A DNA stretch of 64,000 nucleotides from NCBI GenBank assembly GCA_016179965.1, contig JACPCF010000019.1:561-64560 (forward strand), in the 5' to 3' direction. The translations under genes were made by a program, and so were the position numbers. The notes beneath the pieces are model-generated. The model did not search any database. It worked only from the letters and a program-made list of their open reading frames with translations, and had not been told where the DNA came from. Source of the stretch: Candidatus Rokuibacteriota bacterium (lineage in GTDB: Bacteria > Methylomirabilota > Methylomirabilia > Rokubacteriales > CSP1-6). The stretch's first letter is position 1. The number at the start of each line of letters is the position of its first letter. Positions 8,136-17,265 of this stretch are shown in pieces.

Positions 8136-9530
8136 CTAGACCAGAACCAGGCCGGCGGCGGCTTCGCCGGAGTGGACGCAGTCGGAGATGCCAACGCCGC
8201 AGTAGGCGCTCCCGGCGAGCGCCAGCCCCGGATGGCCAACCAGCCGCCGCTCGATCGCCGCCACAGTCTCCAGGTGGCCCACGTGGTACTGGGCCATCGA
8301 GGCCGGGTAGCGGTGGACGCGGGTGAGCAGGGGCGGTGCTGTCACGCCGAGCAGCTCGTTCAGCTGGGCCCTCACGATCGCCGCCATCCGCGCGTCGTCC
8401 TCCTTGAGGATGCCCTCGTCGAGGGGGCCGCCGACGAAAACGCGAAGCAGGGCGTGACCAGGCGGGGCCCGCCCCGGGTACTTCACGCTGGAGAAGGTGC
8501 AGGCCAGGAGCGGGCGACGCTCGATCCGGGGCACGACGAAGCCGAAGCCGTCCAGCGGATGGGCGATCTCCTCCCGGCGGTAGGCGAGCGCGACCGTCGC
8601 CGATGAGGCGTACGGAATCGCCTCAAGAAGATGGGCCAGGCTCGGGTCGAGGGCGCGGACCATGCGCGCGGCCTGGGGCGCCTCGGCCGCCACGATGACC
8701 GCATCCGCGTCCACGCCGCTTCCGTCGGCCAAGCCCACACGCCAGCGGCCACCGTCGCGCCGGAGCCCGACGACCCGTTCCTTGAGCCTCACCGAGCCCG
8801 GCGGGAGGCGATCGCCGAGCGCGCGCGTGAACTCTTCCATCCCGTCCGCAAACGTGACGAAGAGGCTCCAGCGGGCGCCGCTCACCCCTTGGGCCTTCCG
8901 GGACGCGCGCCAGAGCGCCAGGATGAGGCTCCGGTGGGCTCGCTCCATCTCGAGGAAGCGCGGCATGGTCGCCGCCAGGCTCAGGAGATCCGGGTCGGCC
9001 GTGTAGATCCCCGCCACCAGCGGCTGGGCCACTCGCTCCAGCGCTTCGACGCCGAGCCGGCGGCGGACGAAGGACCCGAGGCTCTCATCCTCCGAGCCGA
9101 CCCTCCGCGGCAGCACAACGTCCATCGCCATCCTGAGCTTGCCCCGCCACGAAAAGAGTCGCGAGGAGAGCAGCGGCCCCAGGCGCGCGGGGGCCAGGAG
9201 CTGAAAGCCCTCGGGGAGCGGCTCGAGGCGCCCGCGGAAGACCACCCAGGTCTGGCGGAACCGGTCGTCGGTGCGAACGAGCCGGCCCGCGAGGCCGAGC
9301 CGCTCCGCCAGCGCCAGAGCCCAGGGTTTTTCCGAGATGAAGGAGTCGGGGCCGGCCTCGATCAGGAAGCCCTGGGTGCGCTCGGTGGCGATGGTGCCGC
9401 CGAGACGGTCACGCGCTTCCAGAAGGGTGAGGTCGATCGGCTCGCCGCGCTCGCGGGAAAGCTCGGTGAGCCGGTGAGCCGCGGCGAGGCCGCCAATCCC
9501 GCCGCCCACCACGACCACCCGGCGCGCCAC
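8136..9530 (-). CDS. hemY: protoporphyrinogen/coproporphyrinogen III oxidase (HemY/CgoX family)
   Basis: FAD motif VVVVGGGIGGLAAA; proposed GTG start at 9528-9530. Confidence 0.8.
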   Translation of the reverse strand: MARRVVVVGGGIGGLAAAHRLTELSRERGEPIDLTLLEARDRLGGTIATERTQGFLIEAGPDSFISEKPWALALAERLGLAGRLVRTDDRFRQTWVVFRGRLEPLPEGFQLLAPARLGPLLSSRLFSWRGKLRMAMDVVLPRRVGSEDESLGSFVRRRLGVEALERVAQPLVAGIYTADPDLLSLAATMPRFLEMERAHRSLILALWRASRKAQGVSGARWSLFVTFADGMEEFTRALGDRLPPGSVRLKERVVGLRRDGGRWRVGLADGSGVDADAVIVAAEAPQAARMVRALDPSLAHLLEAIPYASSATVALAYRREEIAHPLDGFGFVVPRIERRPLLACTFSSVKYPGRAPPGHALLRVFVGGPLDEGILKEDDARMAAIVRAQLNELLGVTAPPLLTRVHRYPASMAQYHVGHLETVAAIERRLVGHPGLALAGSAYCGVGISDCVHSGEAAAGLVLV

Positions 9531-9534
9531 GTCG

Positions 9535-10473
9535 TTACGCCCTGAGACCAGCCTTCGCCAGGCCGGCCAGCATCTCGATGAAAGCCGGGTGGTCGTTGAC
9601 GGCGCCGGCGCGATGGAAACGAAGCCCCAGCTCCTCCGCCAGCCGGCGCGCCTCGACGTCCAGGTCGTAGAGCACCTCGACGTGGTCCGAGACAAAGCCG
9701 ATTGGCGCGACCACCACGTCGCCCACGCCCTCCTTGGCCAGCCCGCGCAGGACGTCGCAGATGTCAGGCTCGAGCCAGGGATCGGGCGGCGAGCCACTCC
9801 GGCTCTGATAGGCCACCGACCATCGGGGATAACCGAGCCGTGCCGCCACAGCGCGCGAGGCCGCCGTGAACTGGGCCACGTACGGCGAGCCGTCGGCCAT
9901 CGCCGTGGGAACGCTATGCGCGGTGAAGACGAGCGGCGTGGCCTTCCTTCTGTCCGCGGGAATCGCGGACAAGACGGCCCTCACCCGATCCCCCGCGGCC
10001 TCGATGAAGCGCGGATGGTCGAACCAGGGCGGAGCGTACGAGACCTCCGGCGCCCCCGGGCCCACCTTCTCCCGGGCGGCCGCGACGTCGCCCACGTAGC
10101 GGTCCCAGGAGGCCTCCGTCTCAAAGGACGACAGGATGATCCCCAGGGCGCGCCGGTGGCCCTTGTCTTTCATCTCCGCCAGCGCCTCGTGAAAGAACGG
10201 GTGCCAGTTCCTCATGCCGACGTAGACGGGCACGGAGAGGCCGTCGCGCGTCAAGGCGCGGCGCAGCCCCTCCGCCTGGAGAAGCGTGAGATCGTTCAGC
10301 GGGGAGCGACCGCCGATGACTTCGTAATGGTGCGCTACTTCTTCGAGGCGCTCGGCAGGAATGTGCCGGCCCGCGGTGACGATCTGGAGGAAGGGGCGGA
10401 TGTCCTCGGGCTTTTCCGGGCCGCCGAAGGCGATCAGCAAGACCGAATCCACCACGCTCATGGCCGCGCCCAC
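9535..10473 (-). CDS. hemH: ferrochelatase (HemH/CpfC)
   Basis: 312 aa, LLIAFGGPEKPEDIRPFL...; alternative start ATG at 10461. Confidence 0.85.
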   Translation of the reverse strand: MGAAMSVVDSVLLIAFGGPEKPEDIRPFLQIVTAGRHIPAERLEEVAHHYEVIGGRSPLNDLTLLQAEGLRRALTRDGLSVPVYVGMRNWHPFFHEALAEMKDKGHRRALGIILSSFETEASWDRYVGDVAAAREKVGPGAPEVSYAPPWFDHPRFIEAAGDRVRAVLSAIPADRRKATPLVFTAHSVPTAMADGSPYVAQFTAASRAVAARLGYPRWSVAYQSRSGSPPDPWLEPDICDVLRGLAKEGVGDVVVAPIGFVSDHVEVLYDLDVEARRLAEELGLRFHRAGAVNDHPAFIEMLAGLAKAGLRA

Positions 10474-10477
10474 AGCA

Positions 10478-11593
10478 CTATCTCGCGTCGTTCGAGCGCG
10501 GGCTTTGCCCGCGCAACCCCGGGGGGGAGGAATCGGAAGGGGGGCGGAGCCCCCCTCCGAGCGAAGACAGCTCGTGAACCATCTCCACCATCGCGATCAC
10601 GTGCTCCACGGACGTCTCGGGGAGGACCCCGTGGCCGAGGTTGAAGATGTGGCCGGGCCGGGCGGCGGCCCGATCGAGGATCGCCCGGACATGCCGCTTG
10701 ATCTCGGCGGGCTTCGCGAGCAGCACGGCCGGGTCGAGGTTCCCCTGGACCGCCACGTCGTAGCCGATGCGCTTCCAGGCGTCGGCCAGGTCCACGCGCC
10801 AGTCGAGACCGATCACGTCCCCCCCCGCCTCGCGCAGCAGCTCGAGCAGGCCCGCGGTGCCCGTGCTGAAGTGGATGACGGGAACGCCCGGCGTGAGCCC
10901 TTTGATGACGGCGCGCGTATGGGGCAGGACGAACTCGCGGTAGGCGTCGGGCGAGAGCGCCCCCACCCAGGAGTCGAAGAGCTGCACGGCCTGGGCGCCC
11001 GCGGCGATCTGGCCGTTCACGTAGCCGACGGTGACCCTGACGAGGCGCTCCATGAGGGCGTGCCACGCGGCGGGATCGTCGTGCATCAGCCGCTTCGTGT
11101 GGAGATACTCGCGGGACGCGCTGCCCTCGATCAGGTAGGAGGCCACCGTGAAGGGCGCGCCGGCGAAGCCGATCAGCGGCACTCGCGCGGCCAGCGCCTT
11201 GCGCACCGTGCGGATCGCCTCGAAGACGAAGGGCGTCGCCTCCCGGGGGTCCACGTCCGCCAGCCGCCGGAGATCCGCCGCGCCGCGCACGGGACGGTGG
11301 ATGAGGGGCCCTTCCCCCTTGGCGAACTCCAGGCCCACCCCCATGGGCTCAACCGGCAGGAGAATGTCGGCGAAGATGATCGCGGCGTCCACGCCGAGGC
11401 GCTCCACCGGCAAGAGAGTCACCTCGGCAGCCGCCTCGGGATTCTTGCAGAGCTCCAGGAAGCCGAACCGCTCGCGGAGCGCGCGGTACTCGGCCATGAA
11501 GCGCCCCGCCTGGCGCATGAGCCAGACCGGGGTGAACTCGGTGGGCTCGCGCCGGCACGCGCGGAGAAAGGGAGCGGGCGCCGCGGCGTTCAT
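10478..11593 (-). CDS. hemE: uroporphyrinogen decarboxylase
   Basis: PVWLMRQAGR motif; start MNAAAP (ATG 11591-11593). The last ~28 codons are encoded by repeat family 1 copy A. Confidence 0.85.
   Translation of the reverse strand: MNAAAPAPFLRACRREPTEFTPVWLMRQAGRFMAEYRALRERFGFLELCKNPEAAAEVTLLPVERLGVDAAIIFADILLPVEPMGVGLEFAKGEGPLIHRPVRGAADLRRLADVDPREATPFVFEAIRTVRKALAARVPLIGFAGAPFTVASYLIEGSASREYLHTKRLMHDDPAAWHALMERLVRVTVGYVNGQIAAGAQAVQLFDSWVGALSPDAYREFVLPHTRAVIKGLTPGVPVIHFSTGTAGLLELLREAGGDVIGLDWRVDLADAWKRIGYDVAVQGNLDPAVLLAKPAEIKRHVRAILDRAAARPGHIFNLGHGVLPETSVEHVIAMVEMVHELSSLGGGLRPPSDSSPPGLRGQSPRSNDAR
10491..10562 (+). repeat. repeat family 1, copy A (short form: hairpin GAGCGCGGGCTTTGCCCGCGC + GGGGGGCGGAGCCCCCCTCCGAG)
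   Basis: direct comparison with copies B to E. Confidence 0.8.
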
Positions 11594-11651
11594 GGATGAT
11601 CGAGCGTACAGGAAGCGCCGCGGATTGACAACTCTCGGCACCTGGGCGACC

Positions 11652-13334
11652 ATGGCGTCCATGCCGTTCATGGCGGGGAAGCAGGCGTTCCTGGAGCTCC
11701 TCAAGCAGGAGGGCGCGGAGGTGCTCTTCGGCAACCCGGGGACCACCGAGCTGCCGCTGATGGACGGCCTGGCGCGCGAGACGCGGATCCACTACATCCT
11801 GGCCCTCCAGGAGGCGGTGGCCATCGCCATGGCCGACGGCTACGCTCAGGCCAGCGGCAAGCTGGCCCCGGTGAACGTCCACATCTCCCCCGGCCTCGGC
11901 AACGCGATGGGGATGCTCTACGACGCCTGGAAGGCCGGCTCTCCTCTGCTCCTGACCGCGGGTCAGCACGATCAATCCTTCACCGTCACCGAGCCCGTCC
12001 TCTGGTCCGAGCTGCCGCCCGTGGCGAAGCCCTACGTGAAGTGGGCGACCGAAGTCCGCCGGCTGGAAGATCTGCCGCGCATCGTGCATCGCGCGGCGAA
12101 AGTCGCTCTGACGCCGCCGACAGGCCCCGTCTTCCTCTCCCTGCCCGTGGACGTGCTCAACGCCGAGCGCGACCTGGAGCTGGGCGAGCCCACCCGCGTG
12201 GACCCGCGGATCCGCGGGGCGCGCGAGGCGGTGGAGCGGGCGGCCGACCTCCTGACCCAGGCCAAGCGACCGCTCATCGTGGCCGGCGACGCCATAGCCC
12301 AGGGCGACGGCCACGCCGAGCTGATCGAGGTGGCCGAGTTGCTCGGCGCGCCGGTCCGCACGGAAGGGATGGCCAACCGCTGCAACTTCCCCTTCACCCA
12401 CCCGCTCTATCAGGGCGCGATCTCGCGCCTGGCCCCCGATCTGCGCGCGCTCCTCCAGCAGCACGACCTGCTCTTCTCCGTGGGCGGCGACCTCTTCACC
12501 CTGTCGCTTCCGTCGGACGTGGAGCCCATGCCCCACGGCCTGACGATCATCCATCTGGACGTGGATCCCTGGGAGGTCGGCAAGAACTACCCTGCCAAGG
12601 TGGCGATCCTCGGCGATCCGAAGGCAACGCTGCCCGAGCTGGCTGAGGCGCTGCGGAAACGCTTCGGAGGAAGCGCGCACCCCGAGGCCCAGCGCCGCAC
12701 GGAGGAAGCGGAGAAGCAACGCGCTCAGACGATCGCCGAGTTGAAGAAGCGCGCGCTGGCCGCGAGCGGCCGTCAGCCGATCGCGCCCTTGGCCCTGATC
12801 CACGCCCTCGCCGAGGGCCTGCCGCCCGACGCGGTGGTCGTGGACGAATCGATCTCCTCGGGAGGAGGCCTCCGGGAACTCCTTCGCTGCCAGGATCCCC
12901 GGAGCTTCTTCGGCCTCCGGGGCGGCGGCATCGGCTGGGGGCTCCCGGCGGCGCTCGGGGTCAAGCTCGCGCTGCCGCGCCGCCCGGTCGTGGCGCTGGT
13001 GGGAGACGGGAGCGCGATGTACACCAACCAGGCCTTCTGGACCGCCGCCCATGAGGGGCTCGGCGTGATCTTCCTGATCGTCAACAACAGGAGTTACCGG
13101 GTCCTGAAGCAGCGCGTCCACGCCCTCAAGGGCTTTTCGGCCCAGGACAACGTGTACGTGGCGATGGACCTCGACAAGCCGCTCATCGACTTCGTCGGGC
13201 TCGCCCAGTCCCTCGGCGTGCCCGGTGAGCGCGTGGAGAAGGCCGCGGACATCGGCCCGGCCCTGGCCCGCGGTCTCGCTGCCGGCGGACCGTACCTCCT
13301 CGACGTCCAGGTGGACGGGACGTTCAAGCCCTAG
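11652..13334 (+). CDS. thiamine-pyrophosphate-dependent enzyme (acetolactate synthase/benzoylformate decarboxylase family)
   Basis: TPP-binding GDGS...NN motif and N-terminal pyrimidine-binding domain; start MASMPF. Confidence 0.8.
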   Translation: MASMPFMAGKQAFLELLKQEGAEVLFGNPGTTELPLMDGLARETRIHYILALQEAVAIAMADGYAQASGKLAPVNVHISPGLGNAMGMLYDAWKAGSPLLLTAGQHDQSFTVTEPVLWSELPPVAKPYVKWATEVRRLEDLPRIVHRAAKVALTPPTGPVFLSLPVDVLNAERDLELGEPTRVDPRIRGAREAVERAADLLTQAKRPLIVAGDAIAQGDGHAELIEVAELLGAPVRTEGMANRCNFPFTHPLYQGAISRLAPDLRALLQQHDLLFSVGGDLFTLSLPSDVEPMPHGLTIIHLDVDPWEVGKNYPAKVAILGDPKATLPELAEALRKRFGGSAHPEAQRRTEEAEKQRAQTIAELKKRALAASGRQPIAPLALIHALAEGLPPDAVVVDESISSGGGLRELLRCQDPRSFFGLRGGGIGWGLPAALGVKLALPRRPVVALVGDGSAMYTNQAFWTAAHEGLGVIFLIVNNRSYRVLKQRVHALKGFSAQDNVYVAMDLDKPLIDFVGLAQSLGVPGERVEKAADIGPALARGLAAGGPYLLDVQVDGTFKP

Positions 13335-13354
13335 CCCCCCACCCGATGCCATTT

Positions 13355-13419
13355 CCTCTTCTCCTCCCCCTCGGGGGGGAGAGGATGAAGGTGAGGGGAT
13401 TATGAGTGGGGTGAGGGGG
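13355..13419 (+). repeat. repeat family 2, copy 1 (palindrome CCTCTCCCCC-TCG-GGGGGAGAGG flanked by GGTGAGGGG)
   Basis: 3' of the TPP-enzyme gene. Confidence 0.7.
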
Positions 13420-13435
13420 CGAGGAGGTTCACGCG

Positions 13436-14206
13436 GTGCCGGATCGCCTGAAGGGGAAGGTCGCCATCGTCAGCGGGGCCGGCTCGCGCGGCCCCGGAGT
13501 GGGGAACGGCAAGGCCGCCGCCGTCCTCTTCGCCCGCGAGGGCGCCCGGGTCCTCTGCGTGGACCAGTTCCTGGACCGCGCCGAGGAGACCTGCGCGCTC
13601 ATCCGCGCCGAGAATGGGAACGCCTCCACGCTCCAGGCCGACGTGACACGGGCGGCCGATTGCGAGCGGATGGTCGCGACGGCCCTCGAGCGCTACGGCC
13701 GGCTCGACGTCCTCCACAACAACGTCGGGATCGAGTCACGGAAGAACCTCATGGAGGTCACCGAGGAGGAGTGGGACCGCGTCATGGCGGTGGACCTGAA
13801 GAGCATGCTGCTCACCTGCCAGGCCGCCATCCCCCGGCTGGTCGAGGCCAGCGGGGGCTCCATCATCAACGTCTCCTCGGTGGCGGCCCTCCGCGCCCAC
13901 GGCCGTACCGCCTACTCTGCCGCCAAGGCGGGGGTGATCGGCCTGACGATCTCGCTGGCCGGGCAACTGGCGAAGGATCGGATCCGCGTCAATGCGATCG
14001 CCCCGGGCATGGTCTATACCCCGATGGTGGCGGAGGGGATGTCGGCGGAACTGCGCGAGCGCCGCAGGCTCGCCGCCTTGATCCAGGACGAGGGCACGGC
14101 CTGGGACGTGGGCTGGGCTGCGGTCTATCTGGCGAGCGACGAGTCCCGCTGGGTGACGGGCCAGGTCCTGGTCGTCGACGGCGGCGTTTCCATCACTACT
14201 CGGTGA
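13436..14206 (+). CDS. SDR family oxidoreductase
   Basis: GKVAIVSGAGSRG...YSAAK motifs; GTG start with GGAGG 9 nt upstream. Confidence 0.85.
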   Translation: MPDRLKGKVAIVSGAGSRGPGVGNGKAAAVLFAREGARVLCVDQFLDRAEETCALIRAENGNASTLQADVTRAADCERMVATALERYGRLDVLHNNVGIESRKNLMEVTEEEWDRVMAVDLKSMLLTCQAAIPRLVEASGGSIINVSSVAALRAHGRTAYSAAKAGVIGLTISLAGQLAKDRIRVNAIAPGMVYTPMVAEGMSAELRERRRLAALIQDEGTAWDVGWAAVYLASDESRWVTGQVLVVDGGVSITTR

Positions 14207-14228
14207 AACAGACGAGGGAGCCACCATC

Positions 14229-15212
14229 ATGGCGATGACGTTCGGCGTTCACGTGGGACACGTGAGCAGTCCGCTGGGGGAACTCCGCAAGCTCTGGCGC
14301 TTCGCGGATACCTCGGGCTTCGACTGGTTCTCGGTGTCGGACCACTTCCAGGAAAGCCCGCCCCAGGGGGGCGACATGGACTGCTTCGAGGCCATCTCGA
14401 CGATGACGGCGCTGGCGACGGAGACGAAGAACGTCCGGGTGGGGTGCCTGGTCTTCTGCGTCAACTACCGCCACCCGGGAGTGCTGGCCAAAGCGCTCTG
14501 CACGATCGACCACCTGTCGGGGGGCCGCGTCGAATGCGGTATCGGGGCGGGCTGGCACGAGGCCGAGTACAAGGCATTCGCAATTCCCTTCGAAAGGATC
14601 GGCGTCCGCGAGGACCAGCTGGAGGAGGCCGTTCAGGTGCTGCGGCTTCTGTTCACGCAGCGGATCGCGAGCTTCAAGGGGCAATACTTCCAACTCACCG
14701 ACGCGCGCTGCAACCCCAAGCCGCTCCAGAAGCATCTCAGGATCTGGATCGGCGGCCTCGGCGAGAAGCGGACGCTCCGCGCCGCGGCCAGGTACGCCGA
14801 CGGCTGGAACGCCCCCTACATCTCGCCGGAGGAGTTCAAGCGGAAGAGCCAGATCCTCGACGACTGGTGCCAGAAGGCGGGGCGCGATCCGGCCGAGGTT
14901 CTCCGCACGGTCAACGTCGGCTTCTACATGGGCGCGACGGAGAAGGCGGCCAGGCGTCAGGAGGAGCGGATGAAGGCCCAGTGGGGGGCGACGCTCCAGC
15001 AGCGGATCGGCGGCTTCTTCGTCGGCACTCCCCAGCAGGTGATCGACCGTGTGGCCGAGTACAAGAAAGCCGGAGCGGTCCGGCTGAACATCGGCCTCAG
15101 GTTCCCTCTCGACTGGGAGGCCCTCCACGCCTACGTCGAGGAGGTCTTGCCGGCCTTCCTGCCGAAGAAGAAGGCGACCTCTAAGAAAAAGCCGCGCGCC
15201 CGCAGCCGATGA
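14229..15212 (+). CDS. LLM-class (luciferase-like) F420/flavin-dependent oxidoreductase
   Basis: 327 aa, TIM-barrel luciferase-like monooxygenase pattern. Confidence 0.75.
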   Translation: MAMTFGVHVGHVSSPLGELRKLWRFADTSGFDWFSVSDHFQESPPQGGDMDCFEAISTMTALATETKNVRVGCLVFCVNYRHPGVLAKALCTIDHLSGGRVECGIGAGWHEAEYKAFAIPFERIGVREDQLEEAVQVLRLLFTQRIASFKGQYFQLTDARCNPKPLQKHLRIWIGGLGEKRTLRAAARYADGWNAPYISPEEFKRKSQILDDWCQKAGRDPAEVLRTVNVGFYMGATEKAARRQEERMKAQWGATLQQRIGGFFVGTPQQVIDRVAEYKKAGAVRLNIGLRFPLDWEALHAYVEEVLPAFLPKKKATSKKKPRARSR

Positions 15213-15411
15213 CGCGTCCCCGTCGGCTGCTGGCGGCCGTTCAAGCCCACTTCCCGGCTGGTGGACGCCGACGGCCGGTTCCACCGCTTCTCCGGAGAGG
15301 TGCGCGTGGACCCGAACACGCTGGATCAGGCCGTGGTGGATACGGCCATCCGACCTCCGCGGCATCCCGGCCCCCTCCGGCAGCCCCTCCTGATCTGGTA
15401 CACTTACTTCC

Positions 15412-15915
15412 GTGTTTGACCGGGCGCGCGATCCCGAGCTCTTGAGGAGCATTTTCGAGCGGACGCGGGTCTTGCGAAAGCCCCTGAGGGGGATCATCGC
15501 CGGCTACCACGTCCTCCCGTACATCCTCGTCGGGCCGCAGGAGGAGCAGCAGCAACGGTCCGTCGAGATCCGGGGGAAGATCCGCGTCTCCCCGCGGCTC
15601 GTCCTGGCCCCCGGCCAGCACGGCCAGACCTACGGCGAGCTCTTCCGCGACCAGGAGGTCATGGACCAGGCCTTGGTGGCCCGGGTCTTCAGCTTCCTCT
15701 ACAGCTCCCGCCATCAGGTCACGCTCGAGCACGAGGAGCTCAAGATCACCCGGAGCGACCGGGAACCCGAGGCCCAGATCCACCGGTCGCTGGACGAGCT
15801 CCTCCAGCGCGAGATCATCGACACGGGGGTGATCCTCTGCCCCCAGGTCAGATTCTATCCCGTTTCGATTGACCGCTTCATCACGGAGATCCTGGACGAG
15901 GAGTTCCGCCCGTGA
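15412..15915 (+). CDS. hypothetical protein
   Basis: 167-aa ORF, 4-nt overlap with the downstream CaiB gene; no family recognised. Confidence 0.4.
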   Translation: MFDRARDPELLRSIFERTRVLRKPLRGIIAGYHVLPYILVGPQEEQQQRSVEIRGKIRVSPRLVLAPGQHGQTYGELFRDQEVMDQALVARVFSFLYSSRHQVTLEHEELKITRSDREPEAQIHRSLDELLQREIIDTGVILCPQVRFYPVSIDRFITEILDEEFRP

Positions 15916-17117
15916 CCGAGCCGCTGGCCGGGATCGTGGTGGCCGACCTCACGCTCAACGTCGCCGGGCCGTTCTGCACTCAGATCCTCGGGGACATGGG
16001 CGCCGACGTCATCAAGCTGGAGCGCCCCGGCAAGGGGGACGACGCCCGCGCGTGGGCGCCGCCCTTCTGGGGGACGGAGAGCGCCACCTTCATGAGCCTG
16101 AACCGCAACAAGCGGAGCCTCGCGCTGGACCTCAAGGCCCCCGACGGCCGCGCGATCGCCCGGCGACTGATCGAGAAGGCCACCGTGTTCGTTCAGAGCC
16201 TCGCAGCCGGCGTGGTGGAGGCCCTGGGCCTGGGGTGGGACGACGTCCATGCGCTGAACCCGCGGCTCATCTACTGCTCGGTGACCGCCTTCGGCGCTCG
16301 CGGCCCCCTCAGCGCACTCCCGGGCTACGACGCGCTGATGCAGGCCTACGGCGGGCTGATGTCGGTCAACGGCCATCCGGGCCAGCCGCCGGCGCGGATC
16401 GGCGCCTCGATCGTGGACATGGGGACCGGGATGTGGGCCGCCCTCGGAATCCTGGGGGCGCTCAAGGAGCGCGACCGAACGGGCCTGGGCTCTCACGTCA
16501 CGACCTCGCTCTTCGACACGGCGCTCATGTGGAGCTCCTACCACCTGATGAATTACTTCGCCTCGGGCGAGGCGCCCCAGCCCCAGGGCTCGGGCACCCA
16601 GATGATCGTCCCCTACGAGGCCTTCCCGACGGCGGACGGCTATGTCATGCTCGCCGCGGGGAGCGACGGCCTCTTCGCCGGGATGTGCGAGGCACTGGGA
16701 ATCCCGGCCACCGCCACGGATCCCCGCTTCGTGGACAACCCCGCCCGCGTGAGGAACCGGAAGGCGCTTTACGACCTGATCGCCGGGGTCACCCAGAAGG
16801 ACAAGACGGGCCACTGGGTGGAGCGCCTCCGCGCGGCGGGGGTGCCGTGCGCGCCCATCCTCTCCGTGGACCAGGTGGCGGCGGAGCCCCAGACCGAGGC
16901 GAGCGGGATGCTCCTCCGGGCTCCCCACCCTCGCGTCCCCGATTATCGAAGCGTCGCGCTCCCCCTCGAATGGGCCGGCCGGCGCCACGGCGTCACGCGG
17001 GTGCCGCCGCTCCTCGGCGAGCACACCGCGGAAATCCTGGGCAGGCTCGGCTACAGCGGCGCCGACATCGAACGGCTCGCCGCCGGGCGCGTCGTCCAGC
17101 TGAGGAACGGCCGATGA
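15912..17117 (+). CDS. CaiB/BaiF family CoA-transferase (family III)
   Basis: 401 aa, characteristic N-terminal VVADLTLNVAGPFCTQILGDMGADVIK. Confidence 0.85.
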   Translation: MTEPLAGIVVADLTLNVAGPFCTQILGDMGADVIKLERPGKGDDARAWAPPFWGTESATFMSLNRNKRSLALDLKAPDGRAIARRLIEKATVFVQSLAAGVVEALGLGWDDVHALNPRLIYCSVTAFGARGPLSALPGYDALMQAYGGLMSVNGHPGQPPARIGASIVDMGTGMWAALGILGALKERDRTGLGSHVTTSLFDTALMWSSYHLMNYFASGEAPQPQGSGTQMIVPYEAFPTADGYVMLAAGSDGLFAGMCEALGIPATATDPRFVDNPARVRNRKALYDLIAGVTQKDKTGHWVERLRAAGVPCAPILSVDQVAAEPQTEASGMLLRAPHPRVPDYRSVALPLEWAGRRHGVTRVPPLLGEHTAEILGRLGYSGADIERLAAGRVVQLRNGR

Positions 17118-17153
17118 CGGGACTACACGCGTTCTTGAAGAATCTCGACGCCG

Positions 17154-17264
17154 TTCGAGCGCGGGCTTTGCCCGCGCACCCCCCGCGGGGAGGTGTCGGA
17201 AGGGGCGGGAACCCGGGCATCCACGCCGAAGGCGTGGGGGGGCCTGGGTGGCCCCCCTCCGAGG
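17154..17264 (+). repeat. repeat family 1, copy B (long form, 111 bp, three hairpin modules, ends CTCCGAGG before the ATG)
   Basis: about 90% identical to copy C. Confidence 0.85.
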
Positions 17265-17265
17265 T

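Noticed and set aside
9589-10644. 351-aa plus-strand ORF
   Set aside because: Antisense to hemH and the hemE 3' end; Arg/Gly-rich.
11148-11651. 5' extension of the TPP-enzyme ORF (728-aa version)
   Set aside because: The extension is antisense to hemE and low-complexity; the conserved TPP enzyme begins at MASMPF (11652).
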